A stretch of DNA of 60,018 bases, the filler included, from Gonapodya sp. JEL0774 (Eukaryota): the NCBI GenBank assembly GCA_027604505.1. It is 12 parts of 12 records of this genome, joined end to end, with 100 filler letters (N's around TTAATTAATTAA, not from the genome) between each part and the next. Parts side by side here need not be neighbours in the genome. Positions count along the whole stretch, not along the records: positions 35,131 to 40,035 come from JADIIX010000830.1; positions 40,136 to 45,039 come from JADIIX010000831.1; positions 45,140 to 50,038 come from JADIIX010000832.1; 9 more parts are not named here. One strand, written 5' to 3'. The translations under genes and the position numbers were made by a program. Of this stretch, positions 35,131 to 46,885 are shown one piece after another (the stretch's first letter is position 1; each line of letters opens with the position of its first letter). The notes beneath the pieces are model-generated. The model made no database searches. It worked only from the letters and a program-made list of their open reading frames with translations, and was not told the origin of the DNA.

Positions 35131-36465
35131 CACCGTGCGAGGTAAAAGCACACTCCTAAACCCAAACATCCCATTGACCTCGCAAACCACAAAACCCAGT
35201 GGCCTTCCCGCAGTGCTTCATGCATGCCCACCGTTGATATGTGGTACAAGACGGGCGCCAAGGATGTCGCCATGGCGAGCGACATACCAGTGAAACGTAC
35301 GACTCGGAAGCCAGGCGTGGTCCAAAACTTAAACCGAGGGCCTGCCAGCGCCAGGCTGTTAGCGAGAATGGTGAAGAAGAAAAATGCGGAGAGATTACGA
35401 GGTTGGCACAGATGCAGATAGTAGCTAGATTGCACATGTGGCGGGAGAGCGTCTATAATGTCAATTGTTAAAGCAGAGATGTACTGCGGTATGTGAGACT
35501 CACGTCATGCCAAGGGATGCACTGACGACAAGTACAGCTATGCCTCTGGTATCGATGGCACAAAACTGATGAAAAACTTCTTGTGACCGCGCACAGTGAG
35601 TGTGGAAAAGTGCGCTGGAGAGATATTGAAGAGGGATCAGTAATAGGGGCCCCAAGATCATGAAGTTTCCAAGTTCACCTGCCCACAAAACAGTTTCCTG
35701 CTCCAGCGGCGAAGCTCGCGATGACCAGTCGATCAGTGAACGTAGCATCAGAGTGTAGATTGCAGGTGAAAAAATAAACCACAGCCGCTACTGATACCAG
35801 GAACGGAATGAAGTGCGTTTGAATGTTCATTGTCTAGTAGTAAGCAAGATGGATTGGCTTTCTTGTGAGACCGGGAATCGAGATTTCTGGCGAACCTCAT
35901 TGTGCCACCGAAACATAGAACGCCAGTTCTGCTCCCAGGAAGTATTCATTCGGTACCCATTCAGTATGAATGGTTCACGCATCCATTCGTGCACCTCGTC
36001 CGCGGTGTGGAGCTTCCAATGGGGATCAGTCTTCGTTGGTGAGAACGAATCAAGAAGCACAGCAGCAAGGGAGCTGATGAATGTGTGCTCAGTTTTCGTT
36101 TGGAGCTCGTGACTGCTAGAGCTCTCCAGCGAATGGTACGAAGGGTACTCTTTGGCCAGCAGAGATTCCGATGTCGCCAACGTGGCTTCAGAGCAAGTAT
36201 GAAGTGCAGATTTGGCCTTCTCCTCGTCAACAGCAATGGGCGAAAGCTCGGTTTTCGTGAGTGTTCCTCGAGAGAACGCAGACGCTGCAGCTACGAGCGT
36301 CGAACGGAGCTCGCAACCGTGATGTTCGTCATAAACATCTTGATTCGGCCTGCTACCGGCACCAACAGGAGCCCCCACGACCAGAGGTTGGCGTAGATGA
36401 GGGCGGATCCTCGAGCTCGTGGCTTCCACCACGGCGATCAAGGATTGTTCGGATCCGGGGGTCAT
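35131..36465 (-). CDS. PAQR / haemolysin-III family (IZH/adiponectin receptor-like), copy A, 3'-truncated
   Basis: EWMREPFILNGYR...SMFRWHNE, SALFHTHCARS...IDTRGIAVL and FRVVRF...LAPVLYH...GVCFYLAR. Confidence 0.9.
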
Positions 36466-36746
36466 TGCGGGCGAGCAATGGAAAGGACCGTCGGCGGTCT
36501 GCAGTCGATGTAGGACTCTTTCTTAGCGGGGGCTCAGTCTCATCTCCGAGGTCGATGCGTTACCCGTTCCAGGTCAAGATCAGGGTCCAACCTTCACGCT
36601 CAGTGTGTGGAACTCTCGTGAGGCAAAGCAAGCCAAAGCCGAAGCATGACTGAACAGTACAAAACCTCGATTGAAGACACAACCACAGGAAAAGTCTATC
36701 TAAGAATCTAGAAAATAATAGCGCCTTGCTCAGACAACACGAGTGT

Positions 36747-38487
36747 TCAATCTCTGCACGCTGGGCCTCCAGCTCTCCATAGAAACAATTCATACAGCGA
36801 TCGCGAATAGCATGCACATGACACCACCTGAACAGAGAAAACGAAATTTTTCACAAAGGGTATGAGATTCGCACGTGCCAGCACGCGACGAAAGAGTCTC
36901 TCACAATGAGCACGTGCCAGAGACTGTGCGATTGTCCGATGTAGTCAAACGCGCCAGGCCAGAAGCGTTCTGGGACGCTGGTGAAATGGAAAAGAGAGCA
37001 CGCTGATGTCAAGTCGCTATGTTACCGCTTATTGAGTCGTGCAAACCCACCGTGCCAAGTAGATTGCCACTCCGGAGAATAAGCATGCCATGGATCTTCC
37101 AAACCACAACGACCACTCGCCCTCCACAGCCAACCCTCGCCATCCAACTTCACTAACGTGAAAGATAAGCGGTGTCATCGAGGCAACTACTGCGAGGGAC
37201 AGGCCGGTAAAGCGGATGAGTCGGAACCCTGGTGCGGACCAGAATTTGAACATGGGGCCCGCTAGAGCGAGTCCATTCGCTATGGCGGTAAGAAGAGTAA
37301 AAAACGTAAGGAGATGTGGACGGCAGAAATATAGATAGTAGCTGATAATTGATGATTGAACGTCAGGCCGCGACGGATACCCCCATAAATGATGGCACGT
37401 ACGTCACAGTGAGAGACGATGTCATAGTCAAGACAGCGATACCAGTAGTATCCACAGAGCAAAACTGGTAGAAGACCTCCGGTGAATGAGGGAAGTGAGT
37501 GTGGAACAGAGTGCTTCGGTTTCCACGGGCATGATAGGTATCAGCTACTCTGACGACACTTTGACACTGACCCCATAACCGGCCGTCCTCACCTCGACAT
37601 GAAGCAGTATCCTGACGCTCCCACATAGCTTGACAATACCAAACGGTCAACAATCGTCGCGGAAGGGTGAAAATTATATCGGGAGATCACGGCAACCCCC
37701 GCGAGAGATGCAAGAAAAGGTACAAAATGGGTGTGGATGTTCATCGTCTGACACGGGACAAATGTGTTGGATTCCGTGGTGTAAGTTTAAATGCATTCGG
37801 TGGAGCACCGCGAACCTCGTTGTGCCATCGAAACATTGACCTCCAGTTTTGCTTCCAAGAAGTGTTCCACCGGTATCTGGAGAATAAGTAGCGCAGAATA
37901 CTTCTCATTCAGACTCTCAATCTCATGATGGGAGCTGAACATGCCTACCCGCTCAGTACAAAGGGTTCTCGAAGCCACTCGGGTACATCTTCCGCACTGT
38001 GCAATTTCCAAGTTGGATCTGACTTGGAATCGGACGAGCTCTCAGAGCATACACTGATAAGTGAGCTGAAAAAGCCTCCCGAGCTCTCGTACGGAGGACT
38101 GGCACTTCCCACTGCCACTGACTGATATGACGCGTGGGGACGGCTCAAGAGTGAGTCGAACGACGTCAGCGAGGCCTCGGTGTCAATTCTTTCCGTCGAT
38201 TTGACCTTGTTCTCATTGACGCTGATCTGTGAAGCGTTATTTTCGATATTAACGGACTTGCTGCAGTGCCCCCTCACTCCGGATGATGCAACGAGCGTGG
38301 AAGTGAAACACCCTCGGGAAATTGGATGTTCTTTATCATGCTCTTCACAGATTCCCGACCTCGATTTCGCACCGCATGTATGAGCGTCGGCGGGTGAAAG
38401 GTGAATGGAGTGGGGATTGATCCGAGAGCTCGTTGCTTCTTCGACCACAATGGCGCCCTTCACAGGTGGATCGAAACCAGGAGACAT
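36747..38487 (-). CDS. PAQR family protein, copy B (complete)
   Basis: EWLREPFVLSGYR...SMFRWHNE, STLFHTHFPHS...VDTTGIAVL and YLARVPERFWPGAFDYIGQSHSLWHVLI; stop at 36747. Confidence 0.92.
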
Positions 38488-38952
38488 GAGGGCAACCGGG
38501 AGTAGAGAGGAATATTTTGATTGAATGAATCAGAAATCCGTTTCTGACTGTACGGCGTCATCGTTGAGATCATGCGATGCACGTGGATCCCGACATGCTA
38601 GGGCAACAATAATGTTTGAGGGCCTGTTCGTACTGCTCCAGCACACTCGGTGCCACCAGCATCTGATGATAATACTTCTAATAGTCGTCTTTTATACTAA
38701 ACATTTGTTTTCCTTTGACATACGAGGTCGGATTTAGAATCACATTCCAGTATTAAAGTCCATAATTACGCTATCCCTAATCCAAGCAAGCGAGCGTCCC
38801 GCACCCGCTTCCATACATCAGAAGCAAGATGTCAAATTCCGATATGTAAGTGCGCACGATGACTCTCAACCAGGGCGTCGACTTCTCTATGGAACCCGTC
38901 CATATTTTTTAGACGGACGAAACTGATCATCTTTGGGCGACACACAAATCGT

Positions 38953-40035
38953 CTACGGTGACCCGTTTGATTCTTTGAAGAGAACTACCATCGGCACAAA
39001 ACCGATCAGTGCTGTACGCAGATTCTTCCCAGTGGCCCACTGATCCGGCATGAGCTGATTCGCGAAACGGAAATACAATATGAATGAGCAGACATGAAAT
39101 GATGAATTATCCTCGACTGTACTCACCACATCCACAAATACTCGATCTCCAGGCTCGACGGACAGTTCGTCGGGCATTTGCGCCCTATACGCCTTCTTTG
39201 CCACGTACGTGTCGTGAATCTCGGTCGGTGGATCTTCCCCAGGCTCGGGGGTAGGCAACCGCAGCATTTTGGAGATGTTGGCGTCGCTGAACTCCTCACC
39301 CAAAGTAAGAGAAGTTACTGACCCAGTCTGTCGCACCGCGGATGTGCCGCGCCCCGGTGTGCTAGTAGGGGATGATTTGGATCGCGCTCCACCCTTCGTC
39401 GGTATCGTCGACATTTGTGCCTGTGTACCAAGACCAAGCGAGGCAGATGCAGGTCCAGAATATGACGTTGTGGAGTTCCAGTGATCCCTGCCGTCATCGA
39501 ACCCGAATCCTTGATCGCCTCTTCCTGCCCTCGCCGAAGGAGGAGACATCATCACATCACTGTTCACCGATCCCAAACTACTGGACGCAGTGGTCCAACC
39601 ACCGGCACTGACTGGACTCTGGGGATCATGTGCGGTTGCTCCAGATGTACCACTCCCACTGTTCGCCTTGGGCCACAACCCAACCGGCGTGTTGGGACTC
39701 ACGGTGCTTGTGGGTGTCTGCGCCCACAAGTTACTCCTGTCTAACTGACTCATGGCCGGGCTGTGGGGGTAGTCTGAACTCGAAACCCTCCCATCCTTCC
39801 GACGTCGCGAGCGGCGGATCAGGATAGGCACCACCGCGGCAATAAGTGCCAAAAACGCTGCCGCTCCCGCTACCCCACCGATGATGGCCGGAGTGTTGCT
39901 AGCAGAAGGGGAGGAAGTTGCGGTGTTGAGACCTGCGTTGACAGAAGCGGCATCGGAGGGTGACGAGTCGGCCGAAGAGGAGGTGGAAGGACGTGAGATG
40001 ACAACGGAAGTGGTGGGAACGGCCACTTGCGTCTG
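38953..40035 (-). CDS. Single-pass membrane protein with a Ser/Thr-rich ectodomain and a C-terminal SH3, 5'-truncated
   Basis: TM AIIGGVAGAAAFLALIAAVVPILI followed by RRSRRRK. SH3: YVAKKAYRAQMPDELSVEPGDRVFV..|..DQWATGKNLRTALIGFVP. Confidence 0.88.
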   Translation of the reverse strand, partial: QTQVAVPTTSVVISRPSTSSSADSSPSDAASVNAGLNTATSSPSASNTPAIIGGVAGAAAFLALIAAVVPILIRRSRRRKDGRVSSSDYPHSPAMSQLDRSNLWAQTPTSTVSPNTPVGLWPKANSGSGTSGATAHDPQSPVSAGGWTTASSSLGSVNSDVMMSPPSARAGRGDQGFGFDDGRDHWNSTTSYSGPASASLGLGTQAQMSTIPTKGGARSKSSPTSTPGRGTSAVRQTGSVTSLTLGEEFSDANISKMLRLPTPEPGEDPPTEIHDTYVAKKAYRAQMPDELSVEPGDRVFVDVVSTVEDNSSFHVCSFILYFRFANQLMPDQWATGKNLRTALIGFVPMVVLFKESNGSP

Positions 40036-40135
40036 NNNNNNNNNNNNNNNNNNNNNNNNNNNNNNNNNNNNNNNNNNNNTTAATTAATTAANNNNNNNNN
40101 NNNNNNNNNNNNNNNNNNNNNNNNNNNNNNNNNNN

Positions 40136-42539
40136 GCTCCACATCGTTTCTTACCGCCCTCGACACAGAGAAGTGGAATGTCGTGGTCGTGTCGCCAAGA
40201 AAGTGAGCGAATAGTTTGGTTTTTGCATGATTCTAGAGAACTCGTGGGGTGTAGAGTGGCTCACGGAATCACGGACAATTCCCTATCTCCAACTTTTCCC
40301 TTGATGACATCAACCACAGCTACTTCCTCTTCACACCTCTCCTCCCTTCGTGTACCGTTGGAACACTTGAGCTTCGCTCCTTGATGCTGCCCATGCGATT
40401 CATAACGTGCGTGATGAACTATCCTTCATTTCCTCGACTATCTCTGAGAGTCGCGGTCTCTTCCCATATTACTTAGCAATCGGAAAAAGCGAGCTGTCAA
40501 GTTTGTTGAAGCAGACGTTACGGACATAGACCCTGTGGCTCGAACGGTATCTTTCCAAGGTGAACCCGTAACTGGCGTTCTCTCTCGAACTTTCCCTTCC
40601 CCCAACACATACTACCACATCAGATAACTCCGAACTTGTCGGTGCCGTGTCCAAGGCGGCTGTCAAGTACGACTTCTTGGTAATGGGTGTCGGTGCAGAG
40701 AACGCCACCTTTGGGATCAAAGGAGTGAAGGAGTATGGATTGTTTCTGAAAGTGCGTTTGCCATTTTGGATAGACCATACTACCCCTAGTGCTGCCGGTT
40801 TCCAAGAGACTGTAATGGCGGGCTCACTGTCAATCAAATCCCTCCATATAGGAAATATGGGACGCCAAGCGTATCCGACAAAAACTCATGGATTGCCTCG
40901 AGACCGCTTCTTTCCCCGGTCAACCGCCTTCGGAGATCGATCGCCTTCTCCACATGGTTGTCGTGGGTGGAGGCCCCACGGGGGTTGAATACGCGGCAGA
41001 GTTGAGGGATTTCTTGGTGGAGGATTTGCGAAAGTGGTTTCCAGGTACGTGGCTTTGCTGGTGGACTAAACTCCGAAAGTGCCTCACGCAATATTTTCCT
41101 AGATGTTGTGGGGAGGGTGAAAATCACACTTATCGAGGCTCTTCCGCACGGTTCGTGATTCTCCTCGTTCAGCCGCTGCCAAAGCAAACTTCCCCTGATC
41201 TTTTCCTTGTAACTTTCGTCACGTCGTCACAAAGTACTTGCTGCTTTCGACCAAGGCCTCGTCGATTATACTGAGCGCCATCTCCGCTCTGAAAACATCG
41301 ATGTGCGGCTTAACACTATGGTGCGGGAGGTGCGGGAGACGGACATTCTGGTAGCAGAAAAAGTAAAAAAGGTAGTGCTTGAAAAAGGAGATGATGGGGT
41401 AGAAAGGGAGGTTGTGAAGGACGTTTTGGAACAAGCGACTGTACCTTACGGTGAGCAGTGCTGCCGAGTTTTCATGGGATAGAAAACGTTTGATGTCAAG
41501 ATGATCACTGAGTATCTCAACATTGGAAACAGGCATGCTTGTCTGGGCAGCTGGCAACGCCACGCGTGGACTCACCCAAAGACTCATTGCAAAGTTGCCC
41601 AAAGAGAAGCAAACACAACGGTATGTTTAAGGGTACGCGCGATTTTCTAGTTCTGAGCATACCTCAAGTCGATCAACGGACGCATTGTGTTTGCTCGGAT
41701 CACAGGAGAGGATTGGTGGTGGACGAGCACATGGCGGTGGAAGGTGGGGAAAGGATCTATGCATTGGGGGATTGCACGGCGACCAAGTAAGTAGAAGAGG
41801 CGAAACCGGAAACATTGCATGTCATTGTCATGCTGATTAACGTTTCTTTGGCACGATCTTAGATACGGTACATATGCAGGCCGTATTACTTGCCTCGTTT
41901 TCTCCGGACACCTCACTAACAGGCATCATTTGCCCTTCAGCCCCCACTGCCCAAGTGGCTAGTCAACAGGGCAAATATCTTGCTAGCCTCTTCTCTCAAC
42001 GCGGCCCTGTTCTCCAGAAACTCGTTGCAGAGGGGAAGACACTACAACAGGCATGCGATACTGTTGACACCAAGGAGGGCGAAAAGAGTTTTGGGTATTC
42101 GCATTTGGGCTCTTTAGCCTATATTGGTACGTTTGTGTCGCGTAATTTTGTCACACGCCCTGTGGGGCGCGGAAGAGCTCTAATCAATCCATGACCTAAA
42201 AACGCCCAGGAACGGACCAAGCAATCGCGGATCTACCTGGTGGCGTGCACGTTGCCGGCGCTGCAACGTTTCTGTTTTGGAGATCTGTTTATCTCAGCAA
42301 GTAAGTGTGGTGTTGAACTTATCAAACATCGAACGACGGGAGTGCGAATCATGTATTCACTTCACACCTGTGATCAGCCTTTTCACGCTTAGAAACAAGA
42401 TGTTGGTGGCATTCGATTGGTCTAAAAAGGTGAGCCCTGCTGCCCGAAATACGTTTGCGTCTGGCTACCCCAGTCATTCTGTGGATGTACAACTCCTTCC
42501 TCACAGACCCTATTTGGTCGCGATATTGCACGCGAATAA
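40136..42539 (+). CDS. Type II (external alternative) NADH dehydrogenase, NDE1-like, 5'-truncated
   Basis: VVVSPRNYFLFTPLLPS, YDFLVMGVGAENATFGI, VVVGGGPTGVEYAAEL, IYALGDC, APTAQVASQQG, HLGSLAYIG and LFGRD. Confidence 0.96.
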
Positions 42540-42653
42540 ACATTGGTGTGAATGGAACCATTTTCATATAGATTGGCATTCTGGTAATACATTCGTGTAA
42601 TCATATCCCGTTTCTAGCCTGCGGGGAGGTATGGCGGCAAACCAAATAGCGGT

Positions 42654-44173
42654 TCAAGCAGTCCAACCTCCATCCACAACAACTTCTGAACCCTGAGTCA
42701 GATGATTTGAAGATTAAGTAGCGTTCAAGCCGACATTTTGACAGTATAGGATGGCTTACCGTCATATACGATGCTTCCTCAGATGAGACGAACGCGATGA
42801 CGTTGGCAAGCTGGACGGATGGAATCGCAACGTTGTTAACATGAGAATAAGATTATTGCGGAAAAATGTGAAATACGAACTTCCGAGGGCTGCGCAACTC
42901 TAGCCAATGGAACCATTTTCGTAATATCGAGGTCAGCTGGGGAGATTCCCGCTTCCTCAAACACTTTTAAGAAACCTTCAGCGATGGGAGTCTGGACGCC
43001 CCTGCTCACGAAAAATCTATCATTATTGCGCAGACGCTCCGTCGATATTCTCAAAGTTGCGTATGTACCCGGGATGGATGGAGTTCACACGAATCTTTCC
43101 GCCAGGAAAAGGTGCCTGGGCACAATAGATCGCGGCGGATTTACTGAGGAGACGGACTCCGCCCTTGCTGGCGCTGTAGTGGGGCTGAAACCCACTGCCC
43201 TTGAGTCCTTTCTATATGATCCGAGTCGGGCATTGACACATTGAGATGCATGAGAGAGGTAAACCGAGAGGAGATGACCTCACAATTGATGACACGTTCA
43301 CGATGGATTCAGAATCCTGTGAGGTTACCCAGAATAAATCGTGATCAACCGGCAGACCGAATGCAAAGTGTCGAAAGTACCTGTCCGGCATTTGTCATCA
43401 TCGAACGAATTCCGTGCTTGATGCCCCTACCACCGAGAAAACGCACTTCATATTTGCGAATAAGCCTCAAGAAATCACAGATCATAACCCACAAAAAAGT
43501 CCCCGTGAGGTTTATATTGAGGAACAGGTTCCATGTATCCAGATCCAGGGTCTCAAACTGCAAATGCGCGCGAGCGATCCCGGCATTGTTGACAAGGACG
43601 TCAAGTGGACCACCGGCGGCTACAGTAACTCTATCAGATTGATCAAGGAGGATGTGAGAACTACTCCACGCCAGAGTCGTCATTATGTTTTGCGCGAGGT
43701 GCTCACTCAGCAATTCCTTTCTCCCACTGATCCTCCTTGGAAACGTCAAGCGGAACGAAAATGGCTTTAGAGCCTGCGTCGTATTTGAAAATAAGTCAAA
43801 GTCAAAGTTACGTGGACACCATCTTACGTACCGAGGCCCCTCATCTCGGTCAACACGCCGTCCGCAACTTCGCGCTTCCCCGGAAGATCAGCGATGGCGA
43901 CAAGCTTCGCTCCCTCTAAGAGGCAAAAAAATAGGTGAGAGCCCGTAAGCACTTTCTGTTTGCCCTTCTCTAACTACGGCGTCTACCACCGATTCAACAA
44001 ACCTTTGGCGAACTTGAGCGCTGTTGCCGCACCTATACCTTGCGCGCCACCGGTGACTAAGGCTGCGGAGTGAAATGTATGGAGTAAGTGCCGGAGCGCT
44101 GATCCTTGGGCGAAGTACTGCCGCGGCGGCGATCGACACACTCACCAACTTTTCCTGCGAGTCGTCCTGCCAT
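42654..44173 (-). CDS. Classical SDR (3-oxoacyl-ACP reductase / hydroxysteroid dehydrogenase-like), complete
   Basis: MAGRLAGKVALVTGGAQGIG, LDVLVNNAGI, INLTGTFL, VAQPSE and GSEVVVDGGWTA*. Confidence 0.92.
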
Positions 44174-45139
44174 TGCTTGAGGGAACTGTATCAAGATGTT
44201 CAGAACTCGAGTTAGTTTACTCAAAATAATCAAAGATGGTGGGCTTGAGCATGGATGAACTTTTAAAGTTCCTGTCTCGGCCTGTGACGTTTTGCAATGC
44301 CGAAGCGGGTGAAATCTGCGCATCCGCCTGCAAGCCGACAACAGTACAAGCGCCCCCATCGACCCCATAATGCGCACTGGTATCGGAAGGATAACAAGAA
44401 AGAGTTTCCAGACAGTGTAACTGCTGAGGGCTCTTTGCAGCAAATTATTTCCTGCTCAGCTCACGTTGTTGTCATGAGAATCATACATGATAAACTGAGG
44501 TGTCCAGAGCGACTATTACAAGAACATCGGTCATGGGATTTCGAATCAGTTGATTCTGGCTGATTTCGTCATTCTGATTGAATCACATTCAATGTGTTGA
44601 GCAGGTACTCATTCGCACGGATAATGTATTCACTTGTCATTGCTATTACATCCAACAGCAGATCCCACTCGAGTTCCACTAAAGTTATCGATCGCCGACT
44701 TCTGAAGCCGAGGAAATGAATTCAATACTGCTGCAACTCCGGTCGCGATCGCCATCGTATCTGAGAATTCCGAACCTGCATCCAGAGCGTGAGCACCTGA
44801 TTTCACCCAAAAATGACGCCTGTGGGACACGTTCAAAGCGAAATCTTTTGTGTTTGATACTTTTGGGAGCCAGTTTCGAAGTTCAGTCGCTCTGAATCCC
44901 TCCCTACGGCCTCACCATGCGACGCTCGGTATCTCGCCACCGCAACGACCGCCCACCAAAGTAATTGGCGATCCCGCCGATGGACAAGATACGCCGCATA
45001 TGGTGCGGGAGTCGCTGGCTTGACGATCGGGTACGGGTTNNNNNNNNNNNNNNNNNNNNNNNNNNNNNNNNNNNNNNNNNNNNTTAATTAATTAANNNNN
45101 NNNNNNNNNNNNNNNNNNNNNNNNNNNNNNNNNNNNNNN

Positions 45140-46885
45140 TCATCGACGCCATTGAAGGTGGCCGACTCGAAGGCGTCCAGGGCGCCCTCCGCGACCTCGC
45201 GGATGCCTCTCAGGCCAGAAAATTGGTGACCATCCATGTTAAGACCGGTGTTCTTACCGGGGCCCTGGTGGACACTCAGGGCGCGGAGCCGGCACTTGCG
45301 TTGGCGATTCGTGCTGCTAGACCGGATATTGTGAGGGCAGTTTTGCAAGCGGGTAAGTTCGGATTCTTTCCCGAGTGGAGAACGGACCGGGAGTGGCAAA
45401 CAGCAAAAGGGTCGCGTGAGCAGTGGAACACTGGAATCGGTCGTTTTCGATCAGTAATTGCTCTGTAGAGTGGTCATGAGAGTGTACTATTGAGTCTTCT
45501 TCTGAGGATGGGTGATACCGGAACCTCCATCGAACTGTCACACTCGGTGATCATATCAGAGTTCCATTCCCCACAACACTGAATATCCAGGCACAATTTT
45601 CGATATCAGACAGGACGCATTGCGAAAATGGATCGAGACTGGGAATATACACCAAGATTTTGTCTGTGATATGCCCCACCTTCCAGTTGACCATGGTCAA
45701 TCACATCGCTCGAAGAGGGCCGTCATTCTGACTCACACACCCTCACAATGTATTATCATAAAATTTCAACTAGGAATCGACCCTAACAAGCCTCTCGGCT
45801 GGCGCACCCCCTACTGGTTCGACCCCTGGACGAAGGACAAGTGGCCAAAGCGATGGGGTTTGTCACACAACTCTCCCACGGCATTGGACCTCGCCCTCCT
45901 CAACACTCGGATTACTTTCAATCGACGTGGGGGCAATGTGATGGTGTCGAACCCCACTGTAGTTCGGGACGCTGTGGAGGACCACCTTATGACACCGAAT
46001 GTGGATGTGGTGAGAGCATTAGTTCAATACGGAGCAATCGTGGAGGATCGCCACCTAGAGGCTGCGCGCAAGCTGTCTGATGCCGAGATTTTGGAAGTGC
46101 TTTCGGATGCAAAGGCGAACCCTGTCAAAATGGCGAAGACAGCACCCGTTGTTGTAGTTCCCGGATCCACTTCTCGCATTATCGCGGCCAACATGCGGGA
46201 TCACAGTGACTATGCTGTGGCTGCGGAGACAAATGGCACTACCAGGAACGGCACCGGATCAACCTCACTTACCAGATCCTCCTCCATAAGTGGCAACGGC
46301 CCATCGTCCTCTACCTCGACATCCCTAACCCGTACGTTGTCCGTCAATGGTGGATCTTCGAGCAACATCAGCGCCCCTCCCGCACAGCATCCGCTGACAC
46401 CGCGGGTCCCCGTCCCCACCAACACTCCGTCATTCCAAGCTGGCCCTCTCCACCTTGTACCTCCTGTCACCTCCATCTCCTCCACAGACCCTGATTTCCT
46501 ACAACGTTCTCTTCGCGACGCGCTCGCCACGATTTCTCGACTCCGAGCGGAGCTGGACGCATTCCGGGACCAGAACCAAATGCTCACAGCGATGTTGAGG
46601 GAGCGGGACGAAGCCGAAGCTCGAAGGAGGAAAGGGATGAGTCAAGTGGTACACGATGTGATTGGTGATCAGAGGCGCTCGGATGAAAGCAACGGTGGCA
46701 CCTCGCCCGTTGAGGGACGAGGAAGTGGTAGGGGCATGTTCCCGTTCCCTGGCGCTCAGTCGCACTCAATCGCCAAGGCATCAGCGCCGTTTGCGACTGG
46801 TGCCACAGCGTCTATGACTACTGGGATCGTGGGTGGGGAGAAAAAGGGGTGGGGTACTCCGGGAACTCCAGTCAACCGGAAGTGA
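45140..46885 (+). CDS. Divergent ankyrin-like protein with an S/T-rich linker and coiled coil, 5'-truncated
   Basis: ALALAIRAARPDIVRAVLQA|GIDPN, TALDLAL and NVDVVRALVQYGA; intron 45352-45772; heptad region LQRSLRDALATISRLRAELDAFRDQNQML. The 3' end may be spliced further. Confidence 0.75.
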
